Source of the DNA: Kudoa neothunni | Lineage: Eukaryota > Animalia > Cnidaria | DNA: 64,000 bases | NCBI GenBank assembly: GCA_964304625.1 | Contig: OZ199838.1 | Span: forward strand, 7,865,197-7,929,196 | Reading direction: 5' to 3' | In this document: positions 1 to 13,439 of the stretch, in pieces | Layout: each line of letters begins with the position of its first letter | How positions within the stretch are numbered: the stretch's first letter is position 1 | The notes under the pieces: generated by a model | Database searches by the model: none | The model's input: only the letters and a program-made list of their open reading frames with translations | What the model was told of the DNA's origin: nothing | Made by a program: the position numbers and the translations under genes

Positions 1-238
1 TTATAAATTATAATGGTGGATAAACCGTGAAAACACTACTTTATGATACAGTATTTTTAGATCCAATACGGGTCGCGCGCGCATAGCGCGGATGTGTGAA
101 CCCGGGGTTCGCGCTACCAACCCTAATCGGACATTCTGCAAACTTTTTGCCGCACAAAATCGGGAAAATGAAACAATTTATCAAAAAAATCCAATTTACA
201 TATTAATGCTATGTAAATTTAACATTGTTTCAGTAACG

Positions 239-478
239 TCAAAATTGTGGCAGCAGCGGGTTGACGTATTGAAGACTTCCTCTTATTTGAACCAGACTAT
301 CCAATGTCGAACACAACATTTTATTTCTCTTGATAGTCTTGAAAGCTCCGGCAGATGAAAATATTCTCTCTGTGGGAGCGTTGCCTAGGGGAAGTAAAAT
401 AAGTGAAATGCGAAATTTTCCAATTAAATTAAAGTCAAAATGTTCAGAAAACTTTCTCCAAATTTTGAATAAACTCAA
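239..478 (-). pseudogene. hAT transposase C-terminal dimerization-domain remnant
   Basis: ORF contains LLPLGNAPTERIFSSAG..KTIKRNKM...TLDSLVQIR, resembling the hAT dimerization motif (P.S.A..ER.FS......R..L). No termini identified. Confidence 0.55.
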
Positions 479-528
479 TTTTATGACGTCATCACATCCT
501 AAAAATTGATTCCAATTTACTCCGTTAT

Positions 529-1200
529 TTAGCCTGTATTCTTGCCCAGCAAATTCGTTCTTAAATGAATTATCTGGCTACATATGAAATTGAAGTTTTT
601 GATATTTGCGAGACTTATTTCTTCTCTAATATTGGTGGGAATAGGTTGATTCATTACAGGATTAGTTATACGCTTTATCGAGTTCATCGTCAATTTTAAT
701 TGTCCTTGTTCAGTGTCAATAAGTAACTTCACAATATTGCTTCTGATAATTTTTTGGTTTTTGGATCCGAAGGTGTTAACTTGGAAATTTTCCATCTCAT
801 GACTTTATAATTCGAGTTTTTTTAGAAAGATCTTCTGTGATGAAGGATCTTTCGCTTTTAATGTTTTTCTGAGTTTGGCAGGATTGCTGACGGACACCGT
901 AACGATGTGGAGTCTTGCTGTCTGTGATTTGTTCAAAAGTGTTGTTGATTTGTTGCGATAGGCGAATCTTTGGTCGCATGGACTAGAATGATGTGTCTAT
1001 ACCTTCTTGCAGTAAAAACAAGGTTTAATTCGTTTACATTTGTCTATTGAATGATTATTTCCTAAACCGTTTGAACATCTATGGTTGAGTTTCTTTTTCC
1101 TTTCTTCTAATGATGGAAATTTATTACATTCGTCGTACCAGTGGTCCGCTTTACAGTAAATACATAACCTTTTCCATTTGTTATTTGATATGAGATGCTG
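529..1200 (-). mobile_element. BEL/Pao LTR retrotransposon gag-protease remnant
   Basis: Minus-strand translation of about 975-1170 gives CIYCKADHWYDEC...RCSNGLGNNHSIDKCKRIKPCFYCKK*THHSSPC, a BEL/Pao triple zinc knuckle. It is followed by SERSFIT and VNTFGS, which resemble Pao aspartic-protease motifs. Frameshifted. Confidence 0.7.
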
Positions 1201-1304
1201 TTTTGTTAGGTTCTGGTTTATTTTCGAAGTTATTGCAACATAATTCCGCCGTTTCTCTTGACCGGATAATTTTTTCGCGTTCTACTCTTAATCAGATAAA
1301 TATA

Positions 1305-2777
1305 TAGGGTTTCTCAATTGAGCTCGACACCATTTTGGTTCCAACAATAATTCATATTTAAACGTTTAAATCACTTAAATTTAATTTTTAATCACGAATA
1401 ATTAAAAAAAATTATATATATACATATTTCGTAACTTAAAATTACGATGACACTACTATACATGCCCGAAACATTGTGCTATAGAATTAACGTTTCACAA
1501 TTAAAAATAATTATTTTTCTTTCAAATATATTTTTAAATATTAAATATTATTATAAGATTAGAGCGTATATCCATATTAAGTGTTGGTATTATTAAGTAG
1601 CGTTACTAAATTTCTGGCATAAATAAAAAAAGAAACAACCAAACTTTAAATCCAACATTTATATATTCTTTATTCTAAGATAATTTCTCCACGAGATGAC
1701 CTAGTAATGTATCCCAACATTTTGTGGTAGAATCCATCGCATTGTTGTGGAGTAGTTTCTTTAAAGCAATCTTTAATGGCCACTCTTAATTCATTTTCAT
1801 TTTTAGGTTTCCTACGGATGACCAGGTTCTTCCAAACAGAGAAGACATTTTCTATGGGATTAAGAAAAGGGCTATAAGATGGTAAATACCTTATTAGGAT
1901 ATTTTCTCTAGCTACCAAATCTTTTAATCCCGTGTAATGATGAATTTTGGCATTATCCATTACGAAAATCGGTTAATGCACACGTTTTGCTATACAGGAA
2001 TTCTTAAGCTCTTCTAAACAAATCATAAAGTCTTCCCCTGTAACTGCCTTGCCGTGTATTTTGCTATAAATTATTCCATTTTTATTTACAGCTGCGACAA
2101 CAGAAATATTCCTGTTTCTAGCGGCCGATACGAAGCAATAGGCTGACGTTCCTTTTAATGATCTACCTCTTTTAGGTCGCGTCACAACAGAGAACCCTAC
2201 TTCATCAAGGAAAACAACACTCTCATGACGCACCGTCGTTTCCAGTTCCCTGAACATTTCTGCGTATTCCTTTCTTTTTTGAACGGTGGTTTCGCAGTTT
2301 CTTCTCTCTGGCTCTCTCACTAAGTTTTTTTGGTATAGCGAAATTGTCCAATCACCCCGTCGATTGTACTGAACGACACGACAATTCCAAAATCCTCATG
2401 GACTTTATTTTTTATTTCTTTTCTGGAAATTAGGGAATTTTCGTCTACCCTGCTAATAATTTTTTCTTTCTGTTCAGGAGAAAGAACAGGTCGTCTATTT
2501 CCGCCTTTAGGTTTCGACTCAAGAGTCCTACTCATCCTGAATTTGGACAAAATAGACCGTACTGTAGACCGAGGCAGACGCATCTCCGATGCAATATAGG
2601 TATCACTCCTCCCCTTTTCAAAAAAAGTTGAACATTTGCTCTCTCACTTCTCAATTCAGATGATATTGTTTTCCGTTGAACTCGTTTCTTAGGCTCCGAA
2701 GTAATTAGAACTTTATTATCACCGGAAATAAAACCATCCGATTCAATAAAATTGTTATTTCTTTCTTCTGGATTCAT
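1305..2777 (-). mobile_element. Degenerate Tc1/IS630-type (DD34E) DNA transposon
   Basis: TA followed by TAGGGTTTCTCA at 1305, the same 12-bp tip as the intact element at 17769. Broken ORFs 2532-2777, 2320-2583, 1973-2320 and 1670-1960 carry VFLDEVGFS, MDNAKIH and YSPFLNPIE. The other TIR is not recognisable. Confidence 0.85.
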
Positions 2778-3227
2778 TGCACTATGAAATTTCTTTGCGA
2801 CAACACAATTAGGGTAACCAATGAGTTTGATCAGAAAACGTCACATATGGTTGACAGAATTAGAGAATTTTGATGATAAGACCATTGTCTGAGATACGAA
2901 AGAAACATATTCAGTTTACCATATTTTTAATGCGCCGCCTTGCGCCGCCTCGATCGTTTGACCGTATTTTTTATACGAGGTCTTTTGTTCCTGAGTCTAA
3001 GGTTGATATTATATTGGTTCCTTCTATGATATAATTTTCTTAAAAATAAATTTTAAAGAAGAATTATTGTATGGTACCTATTAAAGGCTACATACAAAAT
3101 TTTTGGGGAATTCGGATTGAGTTTGTTTTAACGTGTAATATACGGTAGTGCAGGGATACTACGAACTTTTTGATATTATGGTAAGGTTTCCCATTAATGA
3201 TATATAATATTGTTATTTATAGTATAA

Positions 3228-3291
3228 TGTAATAGCGCGACCAAAACTATAAACTATACACCGACAACTACCGATTATTTATAATACTACA
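3228..3291 (-). repeat. 3' LTR (64 bp) of the minus-strand gypsy element
   Basis: Reads TGTAG...TTACA on the minus strand, immediately after the PPT. About 40 nt are similar to 6763-6803. Confidence 0.75.
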
Positions 3292-6200
3292 TTCCTCCCT
3301 CTCAAAATTCTGGTATTTCTTTATGTGATTTCGATGTACCGTAACATTTTTGGTTTCTTCGTTTATTTTATAGGTGACTGGACCGCACATTTTAACTATT
3401 CGAAATAGACCTTTCCAAATTTTGTCATTTGGTAGTTTTTTAAGAACATAGTCGTTTACATGCAAAACTTTTTGTGGAATTTTATTTCGTGTATAGTATT
3501 TGTTTCTTTGTGTGATTTTCTGCTGTTTCTTGTTGCAATTTGTATAATATTTCGGAGCGTTTGCTTTAATTTTTGAATATATGAGTGGGTAGATGCATAG
3601 TCATCAGAGTCTCTATTTCTCACCACGGTAAATTTGTTATGCGGTCTACCAAAAGTTAATTGGAATGGTGTGAAGTTGGTTGTTTTATGCGTATTTGTAT
3701 TGTAAGTATAAACTAACAAAGGGAGAGCTTCATCCCAGTCATTTTCCCTTTTACATTTGATTATCAAATTTTTGATACTTCTGTTGAATCGTTCTACAGC
3801 TCCATTCCCCTGTGGGTGATAAGGCGTTGTTAATGATTGTTCAATACCTAAAATTGAAAGAACGTCTTTCATAACTTTGGACGTAAAATTTTTCCCGTTA
3901 TCAGAGTGTATTCTCTTAGGTTTGCCGTATAGGTATATAAAATTGTTGAGTAAAGCTTCACATACAGATTGTGACGTAATATTTTGAAGCGGTATTGCCT
4001 GAGCCAGTTTTGTAAATATATCCACAATACAAAGAGTGTAATTATTCCCGTTCATCGTTGAGTTCAGAGGTCCGATAATATCAATTGCAACAATCTCAAT
4101 GGGGTACGAAGATTTCATTGGTACCGTTTCCGCCTTACTACATTTATCACTATGGACTTGGCATGTATGGCATGATTTGACGAACAATTTGGTTTCGTAC
4201 TCATAGCCGGACCAATGATATTGGTCTCTCAAGCGACAAAATGTTTTAAAAAATCCAGAATGGCCAGATTCGTCATGCAATTTCATCAGTACCTGTTTTC
4301 GAAACGATGTAGGAACATATAATTGATTAATTTCAGAGCAATTGGTGATCAATTTTCGGTATACCAAGTTATTCTTAATTACATATTTATTTATATTTGA
4401 TTTGTTTCTGCATGATTTTAGCAACAGTCTAGTTTCTGAATCACTTTCGTGACTTGCTCTCACCTGGTCGTTTATTGATACGTTCATACTTTGGTTACAA
4501 TGTATCATTCCCTTCAAACGTGATAGGCAATCAGCGTTTTGATTGTCCACTCCTCGTTTGTGGACAATTTGGAAGCGAAAATCCTGCAAAAATAGTATCC
4601 ATCTAGCGATTCTACCATGACAATCTTTTTGGCTCATCAAATATTTGAGTGGGTTATGATCTGTATGTATATCAAATTCTTGTCCCAAAAGGTATTTTCT
4701 AAATTTCTTAATTGCGAATATAATTGCCAAACCCTTTTTTTCATACGTTGAGTAGTTTCTTTCTGCTGTATTTAGTGCCCGACTAGCATACTCTATCACA
4801 ACCGGTTTACCATGGTGTATTTGTCCTAATATAGCACCAAGGACGTAGTCAGAAGCGTCAGTGGTAACAGTAAACGTTTTATTGAAGTCGGGGAACACCA
4901 AAGTGGTTGGTTCTCTCAATGAATTCTTTAAATTTTTGAAAGATTCCTTTTGTATTGTCGACCACTCAAATTTTGTTTTATTTTTTGCAAAGGTCATATA
5001 ATGGATGAGAGATGTTTGAGAAGCCTTTTATGTGGTCTCTGTAGAAATTGGCTAGCCCCAAGAATGATTTTAACTCCTTTGAATTCCGTGGAATAGGGTA
5101 GTTTGTAATAACCTTCATTTTTTCTTCGTCTGGAAGAATTCCATTTTTCGTGATTCTATGGCCCAAGTAAGTTATTTCTTCTTTCTTGAAAATCGATTTA
5201 TCTTCATTAATTTCCAAATTGTATTGCTTTAGTATCTCACAAATAAATTTTAAGTGCCTATCATGTTCCTCCAGTATTTGATTCATAACTCGTTGAAAGA
5301 ATGCAGGAGCACTCACAAGTCCAAAAGGAATCCGGTTAAATTCATAATGTCCACATAACGTTGAAAATGCGGTTTTTGGCTTTGCATTCTCATTTAATTC
5401 TAGTTGCCAATACCCTTGCTTCAAATCCAGTGTAGTATATATCGTAGACTCTGCGAGTGAGGCGATAACGTCCTTCGGATTCGGCATTGGGAAGCGCTCA
5501 AGTTTTGTTACACTATTCAATTTCCGGTAGTCGATACATTCGAAATCTCCCAGATTTCTTTTTAACAAGAACAACAGGAGAAGTTCATTCGCTTCGGCTT
5601 TTGCGTATGATGCCATTTTTCAACACAGTTTCAACTTGTGTTTCGATCTCTTTGCGGAACATAAATGGTTGTGATCGAGCTGGGGTGTATACGGGGGGTG
5701 AATTTGTTTCGATGTACCTTTTCGGTAGATCGCGGTGATAGGTGTCAATGGTCATTGTGGCAGTCGTTCCAATTTTTGTAGTCATAGTGACATTGAATAT
5801 CTTCAGTAGATCTCTCCCAATTATACAGGGATGTATCAAATCTTTTATACCAAAAAGTTGCACTTCTCAATCTTGCCAAAGAGATTGATCACGCAACGCG
5901 TGACACCAATAACTTCGATGTTGGCACCATTTGCGCCAATTAATTTGGTTTTACTTTTTAAAATAGTGCCACTAGCAAACTCCTGGGTGATTCATGAAAA
6001 TGCAGCTCCGGCATCCAATAAACAACATAATTCCTGCCCATTCATCAGTACTTTGGCAAAGAAATTGTCATCCAACGACAAGCTTACTCTGCGGCGCATC
6101 ATAAGAAATAACATTGTACTTAGAACCATAATAATTCCGACTATGTTTAGAACTAGAAGTTATATATGTTAGTTTTCTACAGTCCTTTTTTATATGACCA

Positions 6201-6829
6201 GGAATACCACAATACCAACAGACTATTTTATTTTAAGTTGCTACTAAACCTTTTTTTGACAGCCAAAACTTCCTCATTTCCGCCAATTGTTTCATCGGTG
6301 TTGTCCAAGTAGGACTGGCATATAGATATCAGGGTTTGTAGGTCCATGATCGGCATTGCACGAATGATTGGTTGATATTGTTGAGAAATACAACCAATAA
6401 CTTTAGGTTTGATGTAAAAGAAAATATCATCTTGGGTCGCGTTGGGTCTAGCACAAGTGAGAATAGATGTTAGTCGAATTGTATATTCATCCATCTTTTC
6501 ATCCGGTTTTGTAATAGATGAAGCATAGGCTAATATATTAGTCCTAATCATTGTGATGGGATCTCCTTCTCCCATCACACCGCTACTTGGAATGATATAC
6601 CTTCTTAATTGTTTTGGAATCGCCAAGGTTACATAGGAATAAGTTTGTTCCACATTGTACCCTTTTACTTTAGTGGTGGCGTCTATTTCATCGAGTTGGT
6701 CGATTATGGGTTCGTTAAAGTTAATTTCTTTTATTTTCATTTCCTCCAATACCTGTCACCAATGAAATAGCGCGACCAAGACACGTATAAACTATACACC
6801 GACTCACAGCCAGAGGAAATTTGGCTGCA
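3228..6829 (-). mobile_element. Degenerate Ty3/gypsy LTR retrotransposon (gag-PR-RT-RH-IN) with very short LTRs
   Basis: Contains gag 6228-6749, a CWYCGIPGHIKKDC knuckle, protease LLDAGA, RT (LDLKQGYWQ, PFGL), RNase H (TDASD..YSTYEK..TDH), and integrase (HHCC, IDIIGP, HSDNG, PYHPQGNGAVER). The PPT GAGAGGGAGGAA abuts a 64-bp TG..CA LTR (3291-3228). The PBS TGGTGACAGG lies next to a partially matching LTR at about 6763-6829. Multiple frameshifts. Confidence 0.9.
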
Positions 6830-8433
6830 TGCTTACTGCGCACTAAAAATCCCCCAATTATATCCAACGACGTGGTTAGTACGCAATTAAGAGATCAGAA
6901 AAAATATCGATCGTTAGATGAGAAGATTAAAATAATAAATTATTACGACGACAAAAAAGGATTTAGTGGCTCAAAAACTAAAACCGTTGAGAAATTTAAT
7001 CTCAAATCGATATCTTCTTTGAATAGCATATTATTAAAAAGGAGCAGTATTATGAAAGATTTGAACTCTGGAGACCTGGATCACAGCATAAAAACCTTAA
7101 GAAAAGGGAATTTTTCCACGTTAGATTCCAAAGTTAAGGAGTGGATTGAGTTAATGAGAGCTCGTAATATCGAGCTCTCAGGGGATGATATAATTAAAAA
7201 GGCTAATGATTATTCATTTGAAGTTAAAAAAACAACTTCTGAAGTTGGTAGAGGTTGGTTTCAAGGATTTGCTTCAAGAGTTGGGCTGAAGAAGAACAAA
7301 TTCACAGGAGGGTCTAAGAGTGTCGATCCTGAAATAGTTTCCACTTGGAAAGATCAACTGTTAAAGTTGATTGACAATTATGACCAAAAAGATATTTTTA
7401 ATTTGGATGAGACTGGGCTATTTTATCAACAAAGAAAAAGTAAAATATACTTTAGATTTGTGCCACAATATGAAATTTAGTGTATGGTTACGTATTTAAA
7501 AAGGAGGGAAACTTGCACGGTTCTAAAAAATCGAAGAAGAGGGTAACTATTGCTGCCATTTGCTCGATGTTAGGAGAAAAAAGACCGTTATTAATAATTG
7601 GAAATTATGAAAAACCTCGTTGCTTTCAGAAGATTAAGGACCTCCCACTTTCTTATTACGCAAATAAGAAAGCTTGGATGACCAGCTTGATTTTTTCAAA
7701 ATATCTAACGGAGTGGAATCGCGAACTTTCTCGATGCAAGAGAAGTATCTTATTATTTGTTGATAATTGTCCAGCCCACCCAACACTAAATTTTTCAAAC
7801 GTCCAACTCTGTTTTTTCCCATCCAAAACAACCAGTGTATTTCAGCCATTGGATAAGAGAATTATTAACAGTTTTAAATGTATTTACAAAAATCATCTGA
7901 CAAGTTATTTTATAAATAAAGCCATTTCTAATTCCACGGATGTTTCTGATAACAATTTAAGTGATGATCCTCCACACTTACTTGAAGTTATGTGTATGAT
8001 TAAAGAAGCATGGCAATTAGTGACTGACGAAACAATAAAAAACTGTTTTAAAAAATCATTCTTTTTTAATAACTGTGATTCAGCAGACATCATTCCTTCG
8101 TTTGATAGTAATTTACCAGAAAATCAACTTGGAGACTGTGTTGATGAAGAAATTATTTCAATTAGAGATCCAGAAGAAGAATGTGTTAAATCGATAAATA
8201 ATGGAGTCGATGCAATGGATGAATCGTCTTCTGATGCAAATTATGAACAAACTAGCACTATTTGTTCCATTAATGAAGTTATCGAACATTTAAATAAATT
8301 GATGAAGTTTTTTTTTGTTCATGACCCAATTATGTTAGAAAATATGACCAAATTAGACTTTTCTATTTGCAACAAAAGACGCGGTTCCCAAAAGAACGAT
8401 AAAATAACCGATTATTTCAAAAAATCTGTGTAA
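6821..8433 (+). CDS. pogo/Tigger (CENP-B-like, DDE_1) transposase, probably with a 41-nt intron at 7440-7480; 5' end abuts the gypsy LTR
   Basis: HTH region (SLDEKIKII; GWFQGFASR) plus LDETGLFY, KKAWMT, FVDNCPAH and QPLD (DD29D). Removing GT..AG 7440-7480 fuses ORFs 6821-7480 and 7480-8433 in frame. Confidence 0.85.
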
Positions 8434-8753
8434 TTTCGAATTATTATAGTTTATTCACCTTATATTTCTTTTTTCGTGTATTTACTATTGATTTTTTCAA
8501 GAGATATACGAGTTAACATTAATATGGGTAGGCAACTACGGCTGTTAAATACAAAATACAGCGGCGCGCGACCAAGATATTTCTCTCATTTTGCGCGCAC
8601 GGACATGGATACTACGTAATACAGGGGTACTACGCACCTAAATGTTTCGTCCCAAAAAACACGCAAATCATAAAATGTTACATAAACGCACAAAACTTCG
8701 GAAAATATATCGTAATATTAAACATATATAAGATATGATTCCTACGACAAAAA

Positions 8754-9697
8754 TCAATCCATGTCATCATTATTGCATAATCGGCAGAGGACAACAATCT
8801 TTTTAAATTTATGAGGAATACAGATGGGCTTGTTGCATTTGTCACACCGAATTTTTTTGGACAAAAAAACAACGATTTTTGTAATGATACATTGTATATT
8901 GGAATCATCATGTGGACAAGTACCAACCTTTTTATTAAAAATTGGGAAACTTAATTTTTGAATATTGTGGAGAGAAGTTAAATTGTTTTGACGAATTAAG
9001 ACATTTGGCTTAATCAATTCAATGGCCAACTCTCGACGGAAGCACTGACGTCGGCTGCGATTTGTTCTTCTATAATCCGTGAATTTTGTTGTGTATATGA
9101 TATACGCATTCAATGCAGCTATATCAACCAACTCAAGGAAAAAACGGAGGGGCAATCTTCTAGTTGCCTTAGCACACGAATACAATCAGGTCATACGGTC
9201 ACTGTTGTCCACCCCCCCCCCCCCTTTTGTTTGGTTACAGTGCATAATTATCTGGGGCCTTTTGCTGTCACCTGATTCAATTTCAGAGTCATGGTGTTCT
9301 GTAGATAAGAGTATCACGTTGCGATTTATTGGGGGACGTAGGAAACAAGAGTTACATCGCCAGAGTAACAAAAACCGAAGATAGTTCTTGGCGATCTTCT
9401 ACATCCTGAATTTTGGGTGGAATATATGTATTATTCCGTGTCATTGTACCAGTTAAGGTGATGTTGTTGTCCAAGAAAAAAGGCGCAAGTGGGGCAGAAA
9501 TAAAAAAGTTGTCTGTTGTGAGTCCTCTACAAGTTCCATAATATGGTTCCATTAAATCTTTTACTTGTTCATCTTGTTTAACTTCTCTTGTTCTACCAAC
9601 TTTTCCCCAAGATGTTTGAATATTTAGGAGATACCAAGTCTTCACATCTATGGCCACCCATACCTTCATACCATATCGTAGTGGCTTATCTTTCATA
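8754..9697 (-). pseudogene. piggyBac transposase remnant (3' half), cut by the pogo insertion at 9700
   Basis: YMKDKPLRYGMKVW, TTDNFF, TKGGGGVD, RRLPLRFFLELVDIAALNAYIIY and a C-terminal Cys-rich region. Frameshifted. Confidence 0.85.
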
Positions 9698-9699
9698 TA

Positions 9700-11669
9700 C
9701 AATCAATCCCCGTTTATCCGGAATTCGTTTAACCGAAAATCGCACTATCCGAACGATTTTTTAAAATTTATATTGAAATCGGTGTATATCCTAAATGAAA
9801 AAATTTCGTTTAACCGAAAATTCAATAACCGCAGTCCGAAACAACTCTTAGCTAAAATTTTCGGATAAAGTGCCCGTCGCGCGTGCGCGTGTATATTTTT
9901 ATATGTTAAATGCGACTGAATATAACGTTAATACAACTTTATTTGAGAAGTTTTCGGATACGATTATAATTAATTTACATAGAAAATTTTTATTACATCA
10001 AATTAATGAATTTTTATTCAAATTTAATGAATCATTTTATAACTGGTTTGAGTATAAGATAGTCTAACGCCGCGCAGTTTAGAAATGTCAACAATGCATG
10101 ACCAAAAGCGTTCAAGAATTGTTTTAAATCCAAGCGATAAAGCATTTATCTGTAAAATAAAAGTGAATAATCCAAAAATGACTCTATCCGAAATATCGCA
10201 TGCTTTTTACAAGGAGAAAAGATTGAAAATTGGGATAAGCACTATTGCAGATATTCTACGCAACTCCAATAAATGGAATATTATGGAATCTTCGAATCGC
10301 ATGACATCTCGGGCGGTAAACATGACAAATTTGAAAAGGCCCTTTACTTGTGGATAAATCAAGTTAATGCACAAAACGTGTGGATTAATGGGAATATTAT
10401 TGTGGAAAAGGCAAAAGAATTCGCCACCAAGCTCGGAATAGAGAATATTTCCTTTTCTTCGGGATGGCTTCATCATTTTAAGAAACGACATGAAATTTCG
10501 TCTAAATATGTCCAGGGAGAAGCCGGTTCCGTGGTCATTGAAGATGTCGAGAAAGCAAGAAATGAGCTTAAAGCCGCCTTAAAATCCTACTCTAAAAATG
10601 ATATTTATATCGCGGATGAAACCGGGTTATTCTATCATCTGGGGCCAAACAGAACTCTTTCAAGTTTTCACCGATCTGGAACCAAAAATTCGAAAGATCG
10701 CATCACCATACTCTTTTGTGTGAATGCGTCCGGCACACACAAATTAAAACCTTTAATGATTGGGAAATCGATGAAACCACGATGTTTCAAACGTTTTGAC
10801 CCAACACATTACGTGACATACAACTCCAACACAAAGGCATGGATGACCTCCATTATTTTCGAAGGTTTTTAAAATAATTTAAATTACTTGATGAAGTCCC
10901 AAACAGGCACATTCTTCTGTTGCTCGATAATGCAACAAGCTATAAACATGCTGACCTCTCTAATGTAAAAATTATGATGTTACACCTCCAAACTTAACAT
11001 CCCACTTGCAACCTCTTGATGCTGGAATAATCAAGCCATTCAAATCAAAATATAGAACGTTGGTTACCAAAAAATTTATTGAGCAAATGGCAAATGGAAG
11101 ATGATGATAAACTTAATATAAATTTACAAGATGCAGTGAGATTTACTCATGAATCATGGGATTCTGTTTCTCAGAGTACCATTCAAAATTGTTGGATTCA
11201 TACTGGAATAGTTTCCGGTAAAGAAGCCATCCCACCTAGTCATTCCACTAATGATGATTCACTAAATGATCCTCTAAAAGTTATCCCTGCATGTCGTTAC
11301 CAATGTGCTAGAGAATATGTAGACTGTGACAAGGAATTAACAACGGGTGAAATTATTACTGAGGAAGAAATTATAAAATATGATGATAATAATAATGATG
11401 ACGATAACTCTATATCATTTGAAGATCCTGAAGTAGAAACCCCAGCTATTAGTGATCGAGAAGCCATTACAGCTATTACCACTACCATAAAATACATTGA
11501 ACAACCCAGAGTTCATGGCTTAGAAAATGAGAGAAAATTAAAAGATGAATTAGTAACACTACTAACTCGATTCAAACGAAATGTGGAAGGGTCTAATTTC
11601 GGAAAATTGAAACAAACACTTATAACTGATTATCTAAATAAATACATTATCATGTATAATTATATATAA
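9700..11669 (+). mobile_element. Degenerate pogo/Tigger transposon (left TIR plus frameshifted transposase)
   Basis: TA|CAATCAATCCCCGTTTATCCG end with repeated TTCGTTTAACCGAAAAT. ORFs 10085-10357, 10273-10872 and 11079-11669 carry SSGWLHHFKKRH, ADETGLFY, SKDRIT, NASG, KAWMT and LKQTLITDY. Confidence 0.85.
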
Positions 11670-12548
11670 ATTAATCTGTCGTAATTTCTCAACATGTTAT
11701 TGTTTATGCGTTATTACTTTTGTATTTTTTTAAATCTATTTAAAATATCTCTTTCTTCAGAATAAATAAAAAGGCGGAAGCATTGATTAACCCTCCGTGG
11801 CACGCGCAAAAAACTTAACGCGAACGCACGCATGGGGTCCACTGGACCCCACGAAGAAAAACTCGATGTAAATTGCCACATATATTATTTTAATTGATTG
11901 TTTTAAAACAGTTGTCGCATATGACGTTAGAGTGTTCCTTGCAAACCTAATTTTTGCAACTGTGACACGCTGTTCGGGTTTTTTATCGTTTTGGCGAGAA
12001 CACAAGTGGCAACTTTTTTTGACGATGAGATTGTTGGATTCTTGTAAAAATTGATTTTTGGTGGTTCTGTAAAGTTTTAATTAAAATAAATTATGTTTAA
12101 TACCTTTTCTACAGATTTGCTCTTCCATAAGCTGCATGGATAACGATTTCAAAAAGTCTTTCCTTCTTATTTGTTTATTCGATTTTATACAGCAAATAAC
12201 AAAAGCGTTGATTGATAAGAAGTCTAACAAAGTGTGAAATATTACTGCCGGTCATCTTCTAGTTGTTCGATTGGTGGAATAATTGGCACACATTTGGTCA
12301 ACTGTATCAACACCACCCTTGGTAGAGTTATAAAATAAAATAATCTCTGGAATTTTTTTAGGATTTTGTAAGTCGAATATTGGTTTGTGATGAAATGTGC
12401 TCAATAAAATGACCGATTTATTCATAAATGGGACATATGAAAGTAGCGTTAACTCTTTAGTATATGCAAGTTTTGATGAATACAGTTCTTTTGTTTTTGA
12501 TGCTAAAAATTCACCAGGAATTTCTTTTTTTTAAAGTTTCGAAAGCGA

Positions 12549-12644
12549 TGTAGCGTACCAACTTAACCGGCAGCAGCCGGTTGATGATCGGATTATTTGT
12601 GCTTTGATAAAAGGGGTTTTTATTAGCGCAAAATACATATTACA
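12549..12644 (+). repeat. 5' LTR (96 bp)
   Basis: TGTAGCG...ATTACA, a direct repeat of 16607-16703. Confidence 0.95.
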
Positions 12645-12665
12645 TTGGTGCCGAACGTGTTTAAC

Positions 12666-13439
12666 ATGAAGTTTACATTTGAATTTGACTTTGCAAAACC
12701 AATATGCGATCAGCTGAAAACCCTCGAGCTAATGGCGGTTGCTAACCAATGGAATGAAGATCAGCTCTATGCTTTTGCTGCCCTAGCCATACCTGCTGAG
12801 GATCGAATCTCTCTGCTTCCGAATGAGATAGGAGTATCAGAATTGGGTAAATTCAATGCACTCCGTAGAAACATTGTTACCTATGCTCAAAACAAGTAAT
12901 GCCCTCTGGATTCGTGGAATAAATTGCTTTGTAGCTCCATAAGACCAGGCGAAAACATCGACTCATATGTCAAACGTCTTCTTGAATATATGAGAATAGC
13001 GAGACCAAACATGAGTCAAGATGATATAAACTTTCTTTTGAGACCGAAAGTCATCGAATGTGTTCCAAATGATACATTGAAACTTGTTTTGAAGGCTGAA
13101 AATAAGTTGAGTCTCGAAGAGATCATCGAAAAAGTGGAGTTGTACTCCAAGTTAGAAAAGAGAAATGACGTCTGCTGTATTGGAAATGAACCCGAAACTT
13201 CTAATGTCTCTGCAATTCATCAAAAATATGGATATAAGAATGATAACAAAGCCCATAGAACTCAAACGAACGAATGTTCACAATGTGGAAGCTTCAATCA
13301 CAAAACATCGGTTTGTAGACGCGACGCAATCTGTTCATACTGTGGAAAACAGGGTCACCTTAGAAGAATATGCCGAAGCTATTTGGGAAACTTAAGAGGG
13401 GGAACTGGAGGTCAAAAACGGTTCCCCCGACAACACTAG
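12666..13439 (+). pseudogene. gag: gag with zinc knuckles; one in-frame TAA at 12897-12899
   Basis: ORFs 12645-12899 and 12924-13439 are in the same frame, separated by one stop. Knuckles CSQCGSFNHKTSVC and CSYCGKQGHLRRIC. N-terminus similar to the gag at 6228-6749. Confidence 0.85.

Noticed and set aside
3143-8640. TIR pair around the pogo ORF at 6821-8433 (CGGTAGTGCAGGGATACTACG near 3144; GATACTACG and GGTACTACG near 8610-8635)
   Set aside because: The motifs are in direct rather than inverted orientation, and no TSD links them across the gypsy element.
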